A DNA stretch of 56,150 bases, counting the filler, from Dugesia japonica (Eukaryota): assembly GCA_001938525.1 (NCBI GenBank). It is 5 parts of 5 records of this genome, joined end to end, with 100 filler letters (N's around TTAATTAATTAA, not from the genome) between each part and the next. Parts side by side here need not be neighbours in the genome. Positions count along the whole stretch, not along the records: positions 26,392 to 38,873 come from MQRL01302826.1; positions 38,974 to 47,497 come from MQRL01479931.1; positions 47,598 to 56,150 come from MQRL01316570.1; 2 more parts are not named here. One strand, given 5' to 3'. Made by a program: the position numbers and the translations under genes. Positions 34,621 to 48,896 of this stretch are shown in pieces. The first letter of the stretch is position 1, and each line of letters opens with the position of its first letter. The notes under the pieces are model-generated. The model had not been told where the DNA came from, searched no databases, and worked only from the letters and a program-made list of their open reading frames with translations.

Positions 34621-37600
34621 TTATTGTTTTAAATTTAATAAATTATTCTCTATTTTTTCGCAGTTTTATAATAGTGAATAATGTTGAAAAACTAAGACTG
34701 AAAAATTTTAGTTTTTTTTCTAGCTAAAATAACTAATGCTAACAGTTATTATGTTTTACTAATAACAATACGGATTAAAAACAGATATTGAAAGAAATTT
34801 ATATTTATTTTAGGGATTAAATCTTTTAATGCTTAATTTTTCCGATGCTTAATGGAATACTTATCAGTAGGACAACAAGAAAATTAACTTTATTCACGTA
34901 AAATCATCTACTTTATTGACCTATAAATCTTTCGCATCGTACATTTGTTATAAATCTTATTTAATTAACGTTTTCATGAAAACCAGACATTATAGTTCAC
35001 AAAATTAAAAACCTTTATCAATTTTCCCATAAATATGAATTATAAAAAGAAAATAACAATTTCATATTCAGTTTCATTTTAGTTACAAATTTACAATGTC
35101 ATTGAATTGTAATGTAAAGTTAAATAAGATTTAATGTTTTTAGCAGAAAAATGCCTGTCTTTTGCCAGTATTTTTTAGCATTGAGAAATTTCTCTCTACA
35201 GAAGTAGATTGAAACTTTTGTAATATTGCAAAGATTGATGGTGAAATTACACAATCTCAACTGCAGTTCACAATTGACAGAATATCATTAGCATCCAATC
35301 GCTTTTCTAAATACGGAGCACATGTAGGTTTTATAAGTATTCAACAGCTTGTTTAAAGTTACACCCAGGACTCTCCAAAGAAATTACTAATACTGCAAAT
35401 TGATGGTAGTTTTGTAGAATAGTCAAAAGATCTTGGACAAGTGGATCATTTTCCACTATGTCTTTTGCTTGTGATACCAAGGAACCTTTATCATCATTAA
35501 GTTACTTAAATTGACATAAAAATGCAGTTATTGACTTTTTTAACCTTATATGGAAAAGTTGATTTTTTGTTGACCTTTTTATAGGGGTGGTGTAAAAAGT
35601 TAGAAATCACATATTTGAGTTTTTCTCAAATAATTAAATCTGAATTTTCAAGTTTATTGACTTTTTATGGCCCTACTTATCAGACTTTAAAAATAATAGT
35701 CAACTGCTCGATATAAAGTACAGTTCTAAAATGTACACTTTTTATTTAAAAAAAATATTGGTTCTTTTTCTATATATTGGTTCTTTTTCTATATATTCTT
35801 TTTCTATTCAAATTATTGTTATCTAAGCTACGTATAAATTACACTCTTATAAAGTATTTCAATTTTTCATTTTTGACTGTTAACATATCCGATGCTACAT
35901 GTTTTTTTTAATTTTATAATTGATATGATATCAAATTAGAATTTAAAAATTTAATGTATACTTAAAATCATAATTACAACTTCTATCAACGAAAAGCTAT
36001 GCTAATTGTCATTGAAAATGAGAGACTTATTTAAAATAACAATTTTCATGTCGATAATTTTTTAATAAATTTATATTAAAAATAATTAAGATTCATAACA
36101 TTTTTTACTCTCAAATGGATATAAAAATTGCAAAACAGAAGAAACCTATCAGTATTAACAATAAAATAGAGATTATCAAGTAAATTAAAGAATTCACAAT
36201 TATAATTTTAATGTCTCGAAAGGAACAGTTCAACAGAGCATAAAAAATGGAAAGGGATTTAGAACATGAAAATAGTAAAAGTTAATAGTAAAAATATTGT
36301 TCGAACAAACAAAGACATAAAAATAAACATACAAAATATTCTGCTTATAGAGAACAAAAATTGTCGGTCCAGCTGATATAGTGTACCAAGAGTCTTTGCG
36401 AGAATTAAAATATGTTTATAGAAAAATGACATATTAAATCCAATAATCATCATTACAACATTAAATATCTTCCCCCTTAATCCTATTTCTTGAACACAAT
36501 AGAAAATGTATTCTCAGCTGAGAAAAATACTGTAATTAGTCAATTACGGGGTAAATTATAGTTTTAAGTAAATTTGTCGGAATAATCGAAGTTATTTATT
36601 ATTTAATCGTAAATGCTTGGTAATCAGTTCGTTGCTCTAATCGAGAAGAAATTCTTGAATAAATATGATGATGACGTTTTTTAAAGTCGATAAACTTTAT
36701 GAATAATGAAGTTCATTAAATCAATGCAAATGTTATTAAACCGATTGCAGCAATTATTAATGGTACACCGATTGTTGAATAGATAAGGAAACCTTATAAT
36801 AAATTTGAAAATCACTCACAATACTTACCATTACAGCCGTTTGAGTATTAATTCCTTTGATTGCTTGTGAAATATTACTTTCATTGGAGTTCAGTGTTTA
36901 ATTTTTTTAAAATTATTTGTTACTTAATGCATATTACAAAAAATAATTTCGGAAAAGATTCGTATTACTAAAATCCTTGAAAAAAACCAAACTTTAGAAA
37001 TTTAAAATCCTTCAAATATATTTTACCATTAGTCCATTGTGCAACGAATAAAAATATTTTTTTCAATTTCTTACTTTAACTTCCAATGGTAATTATATCT
37101 TTGTTCCAAACAAAACTTTTTGAAATATCATTAACAAAATCCAAAAATAGTTAGTTTTCGATAATTGTAACTTTGNNNNNNNNNNNNNNNNNNNNNNNNN
37201 NNNNNNNNNNNNNNNNNNNNNNNNNNNNNNNNNNNNNNNNNNNNNNNNNNNNNNNNNNNNNNNNNNNNNNNNNNNNNNNNNNNNNNNNNNNNNNNNNNNN
37301 NNNNNNNNNNNNNNNNNNNNNNNNNNNNNNNNNNNNNNNNNNNNNNNNNNNNNNNNNNNNNNNNNNNNNNNNNNNNNNNNNNNNNNNNNNATTTAATGTT
37401 CTGTTAGCTAAAAAACAAACGCATCCGTCTTATTAAAATAAGTTAGCAAATTAAAAGGAAATTTCATTTTGCGTAGAAAAAACGAATAATTCTCTTTTAC
37501 CATTAATGAAAAACCAATGAAATTCCTTTTTATAGTAGTTATTCATATATAAAACTGACAAAAATTATATAACAAAAATAGAAAATTATTCACGCTTTCC

Positions 37601-37880
37601 AAATTGAATATTGATTTAAAAGATTTCAACCCCGTCCACTACTTAATTACAATAAAATAGTAATAAATGATAATGGTTAAAATGACGAAAGATATAATGA
37701 TTTCGAAAGTGTTCGTAATTTATAGAACAATTCAATTTTAATATTTGGAAAGATATTAAGTACAAAACATTTAAATAAATTACTAATATTTCATTTAAAC
37801 ATTTGAACTCATTAAATAATTTACCACTTAGAGTTCTGTTTATAATTTCATTTTTATCAAATAAAATAAATACAACTTAC

Positions 37881-38297
37881 ATCTTTTTCAATTAATTCTT
37901 CAGAAATTCTCGATCTTTTATTTTTATAATGTGATTCTTCTTTATAAGTTTCTCGATATGTTTCAACTTTAAGAGCTAACAACAATAAATATATAAATTT
38001 GATAAATAATCACTAAAATTTCTACATTTATAATTACTGTGAAATTGTTTTTCTATTTCTTCATTGTAAAATCTATCGCGTTTATTTTTACTGATAAATG
38101 AGTGCTTATAATTTGAAGTTAAATGCTCTTCTGAATTAATTTGATGATGACGCCTTTTATTATGAATACTTATTACAGAACTATTCATGTGAATATGTCG
38201 CTCGTTCGTATCAGATTCATCCGAACTTAATTAATAAGTCAGCATTATTATAATAGCATAGTTATAAAGGTTTATTTTACCTTTTTTTTAATGGCAT
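37881..38297 (-). CDS. First three exons of a host gene (38297-38281, 38225-38026, 37975-37881), probably the CDK11 5' end
   Basis: ATG MPLKKS|SDESD...; GT-AG introns of 55 and 50 nt with matching phases. Ends in phase 0 at a GTAAGT donor, compatible with the phase-0 exon at 28995. Confidence 0.65.
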
Positions 38298-38973
38298 AAT
38301 ATAAAATATTAAAAAAATAACAAAGTCAAATTTTTAAATACCTTAAATATATTTAAACAAAATTAATCATTCAAAAGTAATTTTAATTTCTAATTTGTTT
38401 ATAATTTCTATTGAAAAATGGTATTCTAAAGAAATGAAAAAATAAGTAAATAAAATACATTTTTTAATGTAGAAGCCAAAAATACATCTATTTAAAAGAT
38501 CTTTGTAGAGAAATATGTAAAAATATATATTTAAACTGAATTGTAAATGACAAACTAGTTTTTAGAAATTAATTAGATTGATTAGTTTTCATAAATTTTA
38601 TAATAAATTCTTAAATTCAAATAAATTTCTGAAAGATGTATTTTTTTAATTGGGTGAATTTCAAACCGAGTTTACTCGGTTTCGCATGTTTAAATATGCA
38701 AATAATTAATTTCATAAATGGAAATTAAAGCTGTAGTAAAATGTTTTATAAATTAAAGAAATCAGTGTTGTAGTGCTAAATAAAACAGGCTAGGTGTGCA
38801 ATGCGGGATGGGGGCATACAAAACAATGTTTGAATAATTCACATGTTACATCATAAAAGCATTTATATATATANNNNNNNNNNNNNNNNNNNNNNNNNNN
38901 NNNNNNNNNNNNNNNNNTTAATTAATTAANNNNNNNNNNNNNNNNNNNNNNNNNNNNNNNNNNNNNNNNNNNN

Positions 38974-38995
38974 ATTATTACTATTATTATTATCA

Positions 38996-39049
<54 letters not shown>

Positions 39050-39050
39050 T
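38974..39050. repeat. (ATT)n microsatellite at contig start
   Basis: Read directly. Confidence 0.9.
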
Positions 39051-41929
39051 GATAATTAACATTTTATTAATTTTATTGTTATTATTGTTCAAATAAATTT
39101 GAAATCTTTACATTTCATACAAATAATGTATTTAAACAAACATGTAATAATTCATTTAAATATAAAATTATTTAAATAGAAAGACATTACATTATCAAGT
39201 TTATGTACTAGTTTTTCTGTGAGTAAATACCAATAAAAATTAAGATAAATTTTGATTGGTTGATTTTATCTATATGGAACGTATATAAACTGAATTAAAT
39301 TAATATTAATTCATTGAAAATGTCAGATTACACTGAAGAAAATTTTAAGAGTCAGAAAGAATTATGTATGTCTGATGGTGCCGATAAATCTTCATGAATT
39401 AAACCATGTTTTAATAACAAAACAGATGATGATGAATAAGGTATGGAATCAGAAGAAATTAACATAGACACAATAAAAATAGAGGAGTATATTGCTGACA
39501 AATATGTTGTAGAAAAATAAAGAATTTTATTTAAATTATAATAATTAATTATTATTCTTTAATTATGATTCTTGACATATTGAAAGAAGAATTCCTAAAT
39601 CTTAAGAATGAATCAGTATACTAGTCACCAGAAGTATACTGGTAAAAAATCATGCAGTATACATGGATTGACATAAATTCTATAATGAAATTATACTTGG
39701 ATGAACCATTTAGTTTTACATCATTAAGTGACTGTTGTTCCCGATTAAAGTTAAGAAGAATTATCAATAGTTTCCTTAAATAAATATTAGTCATTACTTT
39801 GTTGTTATTATATATTATTAAATGGCTACCTTAATCTAGTATCAAATATAATGTATAATACACCTCCATAAAGTCACTTAATTCAATGTTATTTATATGA
39901 TTTATACTAATTTTCTTTGTTTAAGATTTTCCCCATAGTTTGCTCTATTTCCAAATATTTTGCCCGATTTTCCTATATTTTGCTCTGTTTTATACCTCAT
40001 TTACCCTATTTTTCTTTATTTTATTTACATTTATGGAATAAGCCTGGAATATCAATAATAAGACTAGGTTTAATTTATTGGAAGATTACGTAACAAGATA
40101 AGCCTCTATTAATAAGTTATGGTTAATTTAATAAGCTAAAAGATTAAGTCCATTAAACTTTGAGATCAATATGATTTCAACATGAAAATAATAGGTTTAT
40201 CTTGTGACAAATAGGTATTTCTTTCAATAAATTCCTTCACATTTTGCCTTCATCCTTGCTTGGTTCCTGATTCCTTGCTTGCTCCTTGGTTTCTTACGTA
40301 CACCTTGGCAAACCTGCATGCCNCTTGGTTTTTATGGGTTTATTTATCTTATAAATACACAACTATCAGTCAGTAAAATCAATCATTTGACNATAANTTA
40401 TACATTATTAAATGGTTTNGTTATTGAAAATATGAGTTTCAACATTAGAAAATAATTATTCATCATTAAAAAAGTACTAGCTTTATCATAGAAAAGTTAT
40501 GGACTTATTGAAAATAAAAGTTTAACATAGGAAATACTGGTTTGGCTATGTAAAATATTTAATAGAGTAAATCTAGTCACTAATAATACTGCATTTATTC
40601 TATACATAATCATTTATTATGCCTAACTTTTTTCTATTCGTTGAAAAATTACACAAACTTTTAAAACTGTTGAAAATTTACTAGAACCTTTCTAATATTA
40701 GTCAGAATTTACAGGCACTTTTCGAAAATCAAGCAATCATATGTAAAAGAGCTAGAAAATAATTCTAAAATTTACTAGACCTTTTTAAAAATCATTGAAA
40801 ATTTAGATGAACTTCTCTAAAACTAGTCAAAATTTTCAATCTTTTTAAGCATCGTTTAAAATTTCCATTAACGTTTTCATCATTATAGAAAATTTCCACA
40901 AACATTTCTAAAGCTGGTTAAAATTTACATAAACCTTTCTGTCATAATGACTCTTATACTGACTATTGACTTTAAAAAATCCACCGATTGTTCACTCAAT
41001 TATTTGTACTATCAATCAAACCAAATAATTCAGTCAATCATTCACATATGTCTAACTTTAATATAATAAAATTCTTTGAAAATATATGTTCATTCCAAGT
41101 AATGCACATTAATCGCCTATTAATCATACTTAGTATTATATTCGCTTTCATCAAGTTTTTACGTCCACAATAATCACATACAAAATACACGCTATTAACA
41201 TGTCTTGACATATAAACAGTACAATATTCGCTTTCATCACGTCTAATAATAGATGTCTAACAGTACAATTTCCACCACTCAAAAGCGAGACTAACAAACA
41301 ATGAGAAAATTAGTAAAGATTGAAGAACGAGACAACCATTGATAACTGAAGACCAGTGCTCAGTGATCAGAGGATTAAGGACTGAAATATAGTGCACTGT
41401 GAGCAGAACACAGATAATTAGGCACCTTCAAACATAAACTTCCATAACTTTTCTTGGATTTCATTAGATTTTTACCAACCATCCAATTGGATCATTAAAA
41501 CATGAATTATGTTCCAGATTTTAAGAATTATATAAAAATGTAATGAAATCAGATAAGATTTGTTAATTTTATTAATTGTTCACCGTTTATTTTAACTATT
41601 ATTAAAAATGTATACTTTTCACTTAATTTGCTTGTGAAATTTGAATTTATTTGAGTTTAATTATGATTTTATTGTTTCCTTTATGATTAGTTTGATGACC
41701 TTTAATTAACGATGAATGAAAGTTCTGAGGATTAGTTTAATAAATGCAATTGATTTATTACAAATTTAATGTTATCAATTTAAATTCTATACTTATAAAT
41801 TTTCTCAGGGACCAACTAATATAAAAAACTAGCCTTTTCAATTTATTTAACGAAGGATAAATATTGTTGATTTATAACCATGTTTTTCTTACTCAGGATA
41901 AAATTATCTATCAAATAAATACTTTGATG

Positions 41930-42550
41930 ATCAAACTTGAGTCACCTTTTATTTTTTCAACATTCTATGGTCAATTAATATGATTACAATAATATGAGAT
42001 TACAATTATCCATGATAACAACCAACAAAAGTACTTTTTAATTTTATTCCGTTAATGATAATGTAAACGTCTTTTATCCGTAATACTACTGATATGTGAA
42101 AAAACTTTATTGAATTTATAGTCTACCGTTAATAGCATTGTTTTACAACTCAATAGTAGTGGTTTTGATTCCTATAATTGTCTACTTGTTTTGCACTTTG
42201 TTTTTCGGATTTCGTCAGTCACATATAAAGTTTAAAAATTTAAGATGATGATATTCAGAATAAATAAAAATGTCTCTATCTAATACATCCTTTGATGTTC
42301 CAATTTGAGTTACTTTTTATTTTTTCAAAATTTGATGGTTTATTATCAATGAGAGCAACCAATAATAAGTACTTGTTTTTAATTTATTTCATCAATAATA
42401 AAGTTTGATGATTTTTATCAGTATTAATAATGATATTTGAAAATTATTAAATTAGTTAATGGTCCAGCGGTAATAGCAGTTTTTTACAACTCATCTGTAG
42501 TGGTTCGATTCCTATGAGTGACTATTTATTTTTTCACTTTGTTTTTCTAT
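41930..42550. repeat. Old tandem duplication, period about 340-360 nt
   Basis: Shared blocks such as aatagcaKtKttttacaactca...gtagtggtt...gattcctat at ~42131 and ~42472. Confidence 0.6.
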
Positions 42551-45500
42551 ATAATCTTTTATGTATAAGGCGTTACGATTTGTAACTATGTTTTTCCTAC
42601 TCAACGTTAAATTCTCTATCGAATAAAATTCCAATTACTCTTCCCAAAATTCATAATTTCCTCCCGGACTCCCAAAATTAAGTACATGTTACTTATAGAT
42701 AACTTTTATCTATAAGGCCTGATAATTTTAGATTTACATATTTGCAATTAGTGAAAAATTCTCTATCAAATAGATACCTTTATGGTGAATATTGCGATAC
42801 TTTATCAATTTTCGAAAAAAGTTACCAAATCCGAGAGATCAGCTGAATATCTTCGTTAGGAAGCATTTTTACTGAGATGACATTTTAGCTTTGCATAGTC
42901 ACTTTTTCCTCTTGAGTGAAATATTACTAAATTCAAAACGATACGAGTTATTTATGAAGAGAAAATTGAGCACTAAAATTCAAAATTTGAGGTTTTTCCC
43001 CATAAAACCACATTTATTTCATCCGGATAAACTTTAACAATTTTAGGTTTAAATTTTTGGAATAAAAAAAATTCTCTAACTAATAAACATGGTTATCTTA
43101 TGTAAAAATGAGAAATAATTTTTTTGAAAATTTTTTTTCGTGAATAATTATTTCCATCGAATTCTGCATCGATTGATGTAAAAATCTCGACAACGTTTTT
43201 TTCAAACATTTTCGAAATTTCAGATGTGCTACCGGATTCCCATAAAAGTTTGATTTATAAATTTTAAAAATCTGAAAGTTTAAACAAAAATGATCTAATT
43301 TCACCAATTTATCACAAAAGTTTAAAATAATTTTAAAAAACTAGAAAATTTAAACTAATTCGACGTTTTACACGAATTTCTGAAAAAATTCAACCCAAAT
43401 TGACAGAATCATTCACAAATGAGCCAAATTCACCTGAACCACTTAAACATTCCCGAGTAAACAATTGACCAAACCACCCAAAAAATTACTCAAACTGACC
43501 AAAACCAAGAAAACATTTGACCTAATCACCCAAAATTACAAATCCCGAGGAAATATTTGACCAATTTTACCTAAACCAGCCAAAAATTGTCCACATTTAA
43601 CTTCACCGAGAAAGATTTCAACAAAATTCACCAGAACCAATCAAAAATCGACATCATTCCACCTCCCCGAATAAATTCATAACTAAATTCACAGTAAAAA
43701 AATACTACCGCTTAAAAATGCCTAAAAAATATGGCCACTTTAAAAGCATGAAAAACTCTACTGCTTTAAAAGACAATAACAGTTTTTCTGCTTAAAAAGC
43801 CTATAAAAATTTCCCCAACTAAATACACAGTAAAAATATTGCCTCTTAAAAAGCATATTAAAATTTTTCTAACTAAATACCCATGATAAATAAAAAATAC
43901 TGGCTCACTTAATCCGATTACGTAAATTTTGTCGACGATGAAATTAATCTTGCACACATAAATTTTAATCGCCACTTAAATACACATGAAAAATACTGGC
44001 TCACTTACGTAATAATGTCGCGACGAAATTAATTACATTATTTAATGCACACAAATGTGTGCCGCCGCCTATTTACTTACGTATTAATCCGATTACGTCG
44101 GAGGGGGGGTTGCACACAGGTGAGCCAGTCCGCTACTATCTACCTACTAACAATATAATATACAGTAAACACTTCAAAAATAAAGCACTCAGCATGGAGT
44201 TTTTTTTATGGATTTGTATCTGTCCTTTACCATTCGGTATAAAAGCAACAATTTTATCTAAATTTAATATTCATGAAAAAATAATTTTTATTATTATTTT
44301 TGTTTGATTGTTCTGGTTAATTTATCATAACAATGTAAAAATGTCATTTTTTTAGAGGTTAGCCGATTTTTAATGCATTAAAGGTATTATTTGGTATGAA
44401 TACAGAACAGCCATTTCATAGCAAAGATAATAAGATAAAAACATATTAAATGTCACTGAAAATGAAAATAAGTACAATAATACTAAAATCGTTGAATTAT
44501 TTAATAAATTTGTTCGAAAATAAGCGGATTTTTTAAAAGCTAGAAATTGAAGATAATTTATTAATTAGTCAAGTGTAATTTTTGTAGCAGAACTAATAAA
44601 ACATTTCGTAAGTATATTTGTAATTTATCTATATTGTATTTGTTAAATTGTACGTTTTAGTGTATTATTTATTCTATCTGTAAATATTTTACTGTAGCAT
44701 TTGTAAATCATTTTTGGATTAATAAATTTTAATATATCATTTCCTTAATCATTCGTAATGAAGGTTTAGATTACTCAGAGTTATGTGTGCCTCACAATTG
44801 TAATCATATTTTGTAAATTAACTAAAAAATTTAAATTAAATTAAAAAATTAACTAACTGAAATAATTAAGTAAATAAAAAAACAGACAATTTATTGATAA
44901 AATTAAATTTTATTTTATGTTAATAACATGTTTTTATTAAATTTTTATGACTCCACTTGANNNNNNNNNNNNNNNNNNNNNNNNNNNNNNNNNNNNNNNN
45001 NNNNNNNNNNNNNNNNNNNNNNNNNNNNNNNNNNNNNNNNNNNNNNNNNNNNNNNNNNNNNNNNNNNNNNNNNNNNNNNNNNNNNNNNNNNNNNNNNNNN
45101 NNNNNNNNNNNNNNNNNNNNNNNNNNNAATGTGCAGTAGATCTAAATGGATTAAGCGTAAGAAAAAGATAAAAAATTTGTTTTAATTTTCTTTCTAAATA
45201 TCGACAATAATCTCTAAAGATCAACCATTTTACGTTAAAAGATTTTTAAAAAGGTTCAAACGAAATTTTATAGAATACTTTTATTAATAATTTATTTTAC
45301 TATCTTCAATAAGTTTAATGAAAAATTTATGAGATCAATAAAGTCTAATAATTATTTTAGAAATAATGATTTTATAATGATAATAATTTTAAAAATATTT
45401 TACAATATAATTTAACACTCACTTATAGCATTAGATAAAAGGCCACATTAAGTGTTAAAATTTTTACATTTTTTACATACACGAATAAATTTAATTATTA

Positions 45501-48500
45501 TACTTTCACATAATTTTTTATTCTATTGTAATTTTTTTAAAAACAATTATAGGAAAAAATTTTTTATACTTATTACATATTTAAGAGAAAATGTTTAATA
45601 AGGAACAGAAAGGTAATATATAATACAAAGAACTAAAAATAGAGTTAAAAAAAAGAGATTATACAAAAAAAAACATTTGCAAAAATACAGAAAAGTGTTT
45701 ATAAGAAAACTAAAAATCAGTAGGAAATTCGCTAAGACTAAAAAACTAAAACTAACAGTATGAACCAGAAAAGGCAAAGTCAAAATAATAAAATAAAGAT
45801 ATAAACATTAACCTTTGAACGTCAGATGTAAATCTTTACAAAAATAATTTTTTCGATATATTTAAATGGTGTGTTAAATTTTATGTTTAGAAACCTTTAG
45901 GGAATTCATAATGAAACAAAAGATTATTTTAACAATTGCGATTTATTGACGAAAAAATTTACTAATTAATATTTAATTAATTCATGAACAAAATATATTT
46001 TAAACGAGATTCTAAATACCATTTACAAACCTACATTCTATCGTCAACAGTAATAAATCTCTTTCCTCTTTTGTATTTATTTTTGGTTATTGTTAACAAT
46101 CTAAATCCCAAAAACCATCAAGAGCGAAAGAAATTTTAATTATAATTGCTACATTACCAGTCGAAATATTTTGTCATTTTCTATTTAGTTAAAAGTTTTA
46201 TTCTTCTAATGCTTTCAAAATTTTTATCACCCAACTAAAAATTTTCAATTAACCAAAGGAAAGTTATTTTGAAGAAAAATATTATAATTTTCACTTGTAG
46301 TTCTTTTCTTTAACTGCCTTACATTGAAAATAAACAATCAATAGTGATTATCTTTAGAAATATTATTATTATTCAACACTGTTAAGTTTTCATCCATTTA
46401 TTTTGGATTTTAATCGAAATGACTATATTTTCTGATGGAAATCAAAGACGTAAATCCAAGGAATTTTACAATTGTATGGAATTGAAAATTTATAGCATGA
46501 AGTGAGTTTAGATTGAATTTTCACCCATGTAGAAAACATGTTTTGTTAAGAAATCATTTTATCTAGATGATTTAGAAAATTATTCATTATGCTTGTTCTA
46601 GTATTACACATATACACCTACTATGTGGTTTCAGCCAATTGGTTTCTTGCATAAATCACAGTAAAAAGAAGTCTTTATGACTTTCTCTTTTGGACATACT
46701 ATTAAGTTATCTGAAAATATTATTTTAGTTTAAATCAACTCGTGGCTTTAATAATGTTTTTATGTATTTTTATAAATATTTTTCATAATAATAATAAGTA
46801 ATGCTAACTTTGTTTAAATATTCTAATTAATTTAGCTTGTTTACATTTGTTTGACGTCATTTTCAAATTAACAGTAAAAAGTACATTTTAGACATATTTT
46901 ACTTTTGTATTTCAAGAAAGGCAAATCAGCCGCAAAATATACGTAAGTGTACACATAAATCTGTACAATTTTGAGACAGTAACAGAATGCACTTGCTAAA
47001 AGTGGTATAAAAATTATTTCCNNNNNNNNNNNNNNNNNNNNNNNNNNNNNNNNNNNNNNNNNNNNNNNNNNNNNNNNNNNNNNNNNNNNNNNNNNNATTG
47101 AAATTAATGGACATGTAACAATTTGTGAAATACCAGGACAGTTAAATTACTGAAAATAACTGTAAGTGACCAATTTAAAGGCTTGGATACGTAGAGAAGT
47201 TTATTATTTAAATTTCATATGAATTGCATAAAAATCATTTGACATAAAGAATCAATATCTGCAATTTGTTCTTAAGATGTAATCAGACCAATTCATATTT
47301 GGGGAAACTCATAACTTGCGATGAAAAATAAATTGTACAGAGTAATGTCAAACGCAAAAAATCTTAGTCCAATACAACTAAGCCATTTCAAACAACAACA
47401 AAAGTAAAAACTGATCAGACAATGTCGTGTTGACAACATGATTAGATTATAAGGAAATTAAAAATTAGTAACTCTTCAGTTAACACTACAATCAACTNNN
47501 NNNNNNNNNNNNNNNNNNNNNNNNNNNNNNNNNNNNNNNNNTTAATTAATTAANNNNNNNNNNNNNNNNNNNNNNNNNNNNNNNNNNNNNNNNNNNNCTG
47601 AAATGTCTACTAAAAATAAAAAGGATAAGCAAATGTTTGGGATATGTTAAAAGAAAATTTGAAATTAATTTACATAAACTATGGATAATTGAATGTAATT
47701 AATTCTTCCACTCCCAACGTATCCAATTGGATACACTTGAATTTCCAGATAAACAGCTATGGGAAGGTTGTCATATTACATATCATTTTAAATAGTTTAA
47801 TAAGGCCAATCTTATGCATAAGTGGTTTTGATTTCAAATTATTTACACAAAAAGTTATGTGTTTTAGTGCGCAGCAATTTGAAAATGGAATATCTTTGTG
47901 TTTCCCTGAGTGCTTTAAAATCTATCATACAGTCGTAAACTATAAAATAATGTTACAATCAACACGAACGAACAATTATATACCCAAATGTTGAAAAATT
48001 AAAATTTATATTTNATTTNCTAATGAATTTTATAGGTTAAGAATGAAATGTATTTTTTTAAAATTCCAAATAATTCTGTAAAGTGGGTTCATTTTTAAGA
48101 AAAAACTTGTTTGTTGAAAAGTTTGTTAAGTAATCTTAATCTATCATTTGAGACTAAAATTCAAAAATGTGCTCGCCGGGAGTGAAAGAGTCAATGATGA
48201 TAAAAAAATGTGTGCGATCAAAGTAAAACATAACAATTCATGCATTTCTACCAATACTTCAGAATTCTTTTAGTATAATCGAATTAGTAAAAGATCACAA
48301 TTTATATCGGAAATTATTTAAAGATTTTTAATACATTAATTTTAATTAAATAAATATTTCAATATTTTTTTAATATGAAATTATTTTTTGTTTTTGATAA
48401 TTATTCTAATTCGCGAATTTGTCTTCGTCAGGAGTTGACTTTTTTTCAGGGAAAAAAAATTTTGATCGCAGCTTTTATTTTAAATGAATTCTGAAAAACG

Positions 48501-48896
48501 ATCAATCGTTTCGTCAAGCAATTATTCTCGCCTCAATAATTGCAATTGTTATTCAATATTTTATATTGAAATACAATACTAATTTAATAAATTAAATTTA
48601 TTTCCAAATTTATTTCTATAATAATTTGATGTCGATGATTATCGTGGCCCATTATTTATCGGGTTCAGAATTTTCATAATGGTGAATACAGTTATTCATT
48701 TTACTCATCCTTACAATAACAAAACTAATAATTTTTTATATTCTCATAAAACATTAATAAGGTATTTCATAAGTGGTTTCAATTATTGAGTTCGCATTGA
48801 GATAGAATATTTTAGATCCAGATTGTTGTTTTTCTTTTAAATGGCAATCATCCGATAAATATTGCTCATTCTAAGATTTCATTGGGAAAAACACGA

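Noticed and set aside
35150-35480. Possible hAT C-terminal fragment on the minus strand
   Set aside because: Too decayed to support with a clear motif.
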